Part shown: one piece after another, positions 61,036-64,000 of the stretch
Layout of the letters: each line of letters begins with the position of its first letter
Numbering within the stretch: position 1 is the first letter of the stretch
NCBI GenBank assembly: GCA_035946795.1
Contig: DASYYX010000064.1
Coordinates: forward strand, 221,462-285,461
DNA from: Caulobacteraceae bacterium
GTDB lineage: Bacteria; Pseudomonadota; Alphaproteobacteria; Caulobacterales; Caulobacteraceae
Length of the DNA: 64,000 bases
Reading direction: 5' to 3'
The notes under the pieces: model-generated
The model's input: only the letters and a program-made list of their open reading frames with translations
Told to the model about the DNA's origin: nothing
Databases searched by the model: none
Position numbers and translations under genes: made by a program

Positions 61036-62856
61036 TCAGACGCGCCGCGGGTCAGCGACGTCCTCGAGTTCCAGGCGCACCCGGCGGCGGCCGTTCCAGT
61101 CGTCGGCGCGCAGGCGGCCGACGACGTGCAGGGTCGCGCCCTGGCCAAGCCGCCGGCCAAGCTCAGTGTCGGCGCTGCGCCAGGCGATCACCTCCAGGCC
61201 GCGGCCGGCGCCGTCGGCCAGGCGTGCGCGTACATGGCCGCCGCGCATCGGCTGGGCCTGCTCGAGGCGGACGTCGGCCAGCGCCGTCAGCGGCTCGGGG
61301 TTGGCAGGGCCGAAGGGCGCCAGGGCGGCGAAGGCGCGCTCGGTCTCGGCCGCCGCATCAGGGGCGATGAGGGCGTCGATTTCCACCGCCTCGGCCTCGG
61401 CGGCTTCGGCGACCGCGTCGGCGAGGCGCTCGGCCAGGAAGGCGCGCAACTCCGGCACCATGGCGGGCCGGATGGTGAGGCCCGCGGCCATGCGATGGCC
61501 GCCGCCGGCCAGCAGCAGGCCGGCGTCGAAGGCGGCGTGGATGGCGGCTCCGAGGTCGACGCCGGGCATCGAGCGCCCCGAGCCGCGCCCCACATCGGCG
61601 GCGCGGTCGACGCCGATGACGATGGCGGGGCGGCGATAGCGCTCCTTCAGGCGCGCGGCGACGATACCGACGACGCCCGGATGCCAGCCGTCCTCGGCCA
61701 CCACCAGGGCCGGATCGGCCGGGGAGAAATTGGCCCCGCGATCGATGCGCTCGATGGCGGCCTCGACCATCCGCGCCTCGATGCCGCGGCGTTCGGCGTT
61801 GAGGGCGTCGAGCTCACCGGCGATGGCCTCGGCCTCGGCCGGGTCGTCGGTGGCAAGCAGGCGCGCGCCCAAGTCGGAGCGGCCGACGCGACCCCCGGCG
61901 TTGATCCGCGGCCCCAGGATGAAGCCCGCCTCGAACACCCCCGCGGGCTTGCCCTCGCGCCCGGCGATGCGCATCAGGGCGGCAAGCCCCGGGTTGGCCC
62001 AGGCGGACATCACCTTCAGCCCTTGAGCCGCCAGGGCGCGGTTGAAGCCGGTAAGGGCGGTGACATCGCAGACCGCGCCGAGCGCCGCCAGGTCCAACCA
62101 GGCCAGGAGATCCGGCTCGCGCCTTTGCGTGAATAGGCCGCGCCGACGGCCTTCGCGATTCAGCGCCGCCAGGAAGACAAAGGTGACGCCGGCGGCGGCC
62201 AGCACGCCCTGGCCGGAGGCGCAGTCCGGACGATTGGGATTGACCAGAGCGGCGACGCCCGCGGGCATGGCTCGCATCAGGTGATGGTCAATGACCACGA
62301 CCGGCAGCCCGATCGCGCCGGCCTCGGCCAGAGCGGCATCGGCGGCCGCGCCGCAGTCGACGGTCACGACGAGATCAGCGCCCTCGCCCTTGAGGCGGCG
62401 GAAGGCCACGGGGGTGGGGCCGAAGCCTTCGGTCAGCCGGTCCGGGACGTAGATCTGCGCCTCGGCGCCCACGGCGCGCAGCCAACGGGCGAGCAGGGCG
62501 GCGCTGGCGGCCCCGTCGACATCGTAGTCGGCGAAGATGACGATGCGGCGCTGGCGCTCGACCCCGTCGATGAGGAGGCCGGCGGCGCGGTCCATGTCGG
62601 CGAAGCTCGAAGGATCTGGGAAGTAGGCGCGCAGCGTGGGCGCTAGGAAGCGCTGGCCCTCGTCCAGGCCGACGCCGCGGGCGGCCAGGGCGCGGGCCAG
62701 TGGCTCGGCGAGGCCCAAACGCGCCTGCTGGGCCCGGATCAGGGCCGGATCGGCCGATCGCGCACGCCAGCGCCGGCCGGTGAGCGAGCGGGTGACCCCG
62801 AGAAAGGGTGGGTGCTCGTCGGGTGGGGCGGAGTGGCTGGGGGCAGGCAGCGGCAT
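61036..62856 (-). CDS. recJ: Single-stranded-DNA-specific exonuclease RecJ
   Basis: DHH motifs (IFADYDVDGAASAA, VTVDCG, VIDHH) and the DHHA1 motif GGGHRMAAG. The start is 62856 or 62898. Confidence 0.9.
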   Translation of the reverse strand: MPLPAPSHSAPPDEHPPFLGVTRSLTGRRWRARSADPALIRAQQARLGLAEPLARALAARGVGLDEGQRFLAPTLRAYFPDPSSFADMDRAAGLLIDGVERQRRIVIFADYDVDGAASAALLARWLRAVGAEAQIYVPDRLTEGFGPTPVAFRRLKGEGADLVVTVDCGAAADAALAEAGAIGLPVVVIDHHLMRAMPAGVAALVNPNRPDCASGQGVLAAAGVTFVFLAALNREGRRRGLFTQRREPDLLAWLDLAALGAVCDVTALTGFNRALAAQGLKVMSAWANPGLAALMRIAGREGKPAGVFEAGFILGPRINAGGRVGRSDLGARLLATDDPAEAEAIAGELDALNAERRGIEARMVEAAIERIDRGANFSPADPALVVAEDGWHPGVVGIVAARLKERYRRPAIVIGVDRAADVGRGSGRSMPGVDLGAAIHAAFDAGLLLAGGGHRMAAGLTIRPAMVPELRAFLAERLADAVAEAAEAEAVEIDALIAPDAAAETERAFAALAPFGPANPEPLTALADVRLEQAQPMRGGHVRARLADGAGRGLEVIAWRSADTELGRRLGQGATLHVVGRLRADDWNGRRRVRLELEDVADPRRV

Positions 62857-62975
62857 CGACTCAGGTGAGGGTATCAGCACCCGGACCCGAATGGCCAAGC
62901 CCGCGGCGAAGACTATTGGCAGCCTACGACCGATTCTGTCGCGGGCGCGGCGCCCCTCCGGCGCCCACCTCTCCT

Positions 62976-63086
62976 CCCGTCATCCTCGGGCGGCGCAATG
63001 CGCCGTCCCGAGGAACCATGAACATTGAATTCCGTCGGTGTTCCTGGGTCCCCGGGATCGGCCCTCGGCCGCCCCGGAGATGACGG
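62976..63086. repeat. MITE/REP-like element with imperfect terminal inverted repeats and an internal perfect hairpin
   Basis: The left end is CCCGTCATCCTCGGG; the reverse complement of the right end is CCGTCATCTCCGGGG. The internal hairpin is CCTCGGGCGGCGCA-A-TGCGCCGTCCCGAGG (62984-63013). It is intergenic between recJ and glpX. Confidence 0.5.
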
Positions 63087-63110
63087 AAGCAAAAGAGCGC
63101 TTGGAGAGGC

Positions 63111-64000
63111 TTACAGCCGGCGCTTCATGCGCACTTCGCGCACCGTGCCGGTGGAGGAGTTCATGACCAGGCTATGGGTCATGAGGAAGCCGCCCTCGCG
63201 GCGGACGCCGTCCAGCAACGCCCCGTGGGTGACGCCGGTGGCGGCGAAGATGGCGTCGGCGCGCACCATCTCGTGCAGGTCGTAGGTCTTGGAAAGGTCG
63301 CTGACGCCGTGACGCTGGGCGCGGGCGCGCTCGTCGGCATTGCGGAAGACGAGGCGGCCCTTGAACTGGCCGCCCACGCACTTGAGCGCGGCGCAGGCGA
63401 GCACCCCTTCGGGCGCGCCGCCCTGTCCGAGGTAGAGATCGATGCCGGTGTCGGGATCGGCGGTGTTGATGACCCCGGCGATGTCGCCGTCGGTAATCAG
63501 GGCGACGCGCGCGCCCACGCCCCGCAGTGAGGCGATGATGTCAGCGTGCCGCGGCCGGTCGAGCACGCAGACGGTAACCTGGGAGACGTCTACCCCCTTG
63601 GCCGCGGCGATGGCCTCGGCGTTGTCGGCGGCGCTCGCCTCCAGAGAGATGACGCCCTCGGGCAGGCCCGGCCCGCAGGCGACCTTCTCCATGTAGGTGT
63701 CGGGAGCGTTGAGCAGCGTGCCCTCCGGCGCCCAGGCCATCACCGCCAAGGCGCCGGCCATGGCCTTGGCGGTCAAGGTGGTGCCTTCGAGGGGGTCGAG
63801 GGCGATGTCGACCTTCGGCCCCCTCCCCTGCCCCACCTTCTCGCCGATGTAGAGCATCGGCGCTTCGTCGCGCTCGCCCTCGCCGATGACGATGCGGCCC
63901 GAGATCGGCAGGGCGTTCAGCGCCGTGCGCATGGCGTCGACGGCGGCCTGGTCGGCGGCGTGCTCGTCGCCGCGGCCGGCGAGCGCCCAGGCGGCGATGG
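63111..64000 (-). CDS. glpX: Fructose-1,6-bisphosphatase class II (GlpX), 5' end beyond the window
   Basis: VIGEGERDEAPMLYIGEKVG, DPLEGTT, VLDRPRH and ITDGD are GlpX motifs. The frame stays open and GlpX-like (..AAVDAMRTAL..) up to position 64000. Confidence 0.9.
   Translation of the reverse strand, partial: IAAWALAGRGDEHAADQAAVDAMRTALNALPISGRIVIGEGERDEAPMLYIGEKVGQGRGPKVDIALDPLEGTTLTAKAMAGALAVMAWAPEGTLLNAPDTYMEKVACGPGLPEGVISLEASAADNAEAIAAAKGVDVSQVTVCVLDRPRHADIIASLRGVGARVALITDGDIAGVINTADPDTGIDLYLGQGGAPEGVLACAALKCVGGQFKGRLVFRNADERARAQRHGVSDLSKTYDLHEMVRADAIFAATGVTHGALLDGVRREGGFLMTHSLVMNSSTGTVREVRMKRRL

Overview
This is a high-GC (about 65%) chromosomal window. Its gene content (two-subunit GlyQS, PPDK, ETF-QO, HldE/HldD/KdsA, a two-domain cold-shock protein, an SdhE-RecG-Mfd neighbourhood) looks alphaproteobacterial, Hyphomicrobiales-like; that assignment is inference. 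Positions 13.9-64 kb are ordinary core genome: housekeeping genes, four tRNAs (Phe, Arg, Pro, Glu), three REP/MITE-like palindromic elements and two unusual intergenic structures. The accessory part is roughly the first 13.8 kb, an element integrated at the 3' end of tRNA-Phe. It carries a tyrosine integrase, a Toprim/DUF927-type primase-helicase followed by octamer iterons, a Nu1-like small-terminase/HTH protein, an orphan tape-measure/lysozyme protein, an XRE switch module and about ten unknown ORFs that are translationally coupled. No capsid, portal, large terminase or tail-tube genes are recognisable. I read it as a candidate phage-satellite-like (P4/PICI-logic) island, with a decayed prophage as the alternative. 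The other notable signals are a strictly 10-bp-phased array of about 12 units upstream of hldE, a nested-hairpin element with a U-tract between divergent genes, 21-bp direct repeats near an orphan HTH gene, and a CDS wedged between two same-strand tRNAs. All functional calls come from reading the translated ORFs by eye; no database search was run. Many long ORFs in the supplied track are antisense shadow ORFs typical of high-GC DNA and were rejected.
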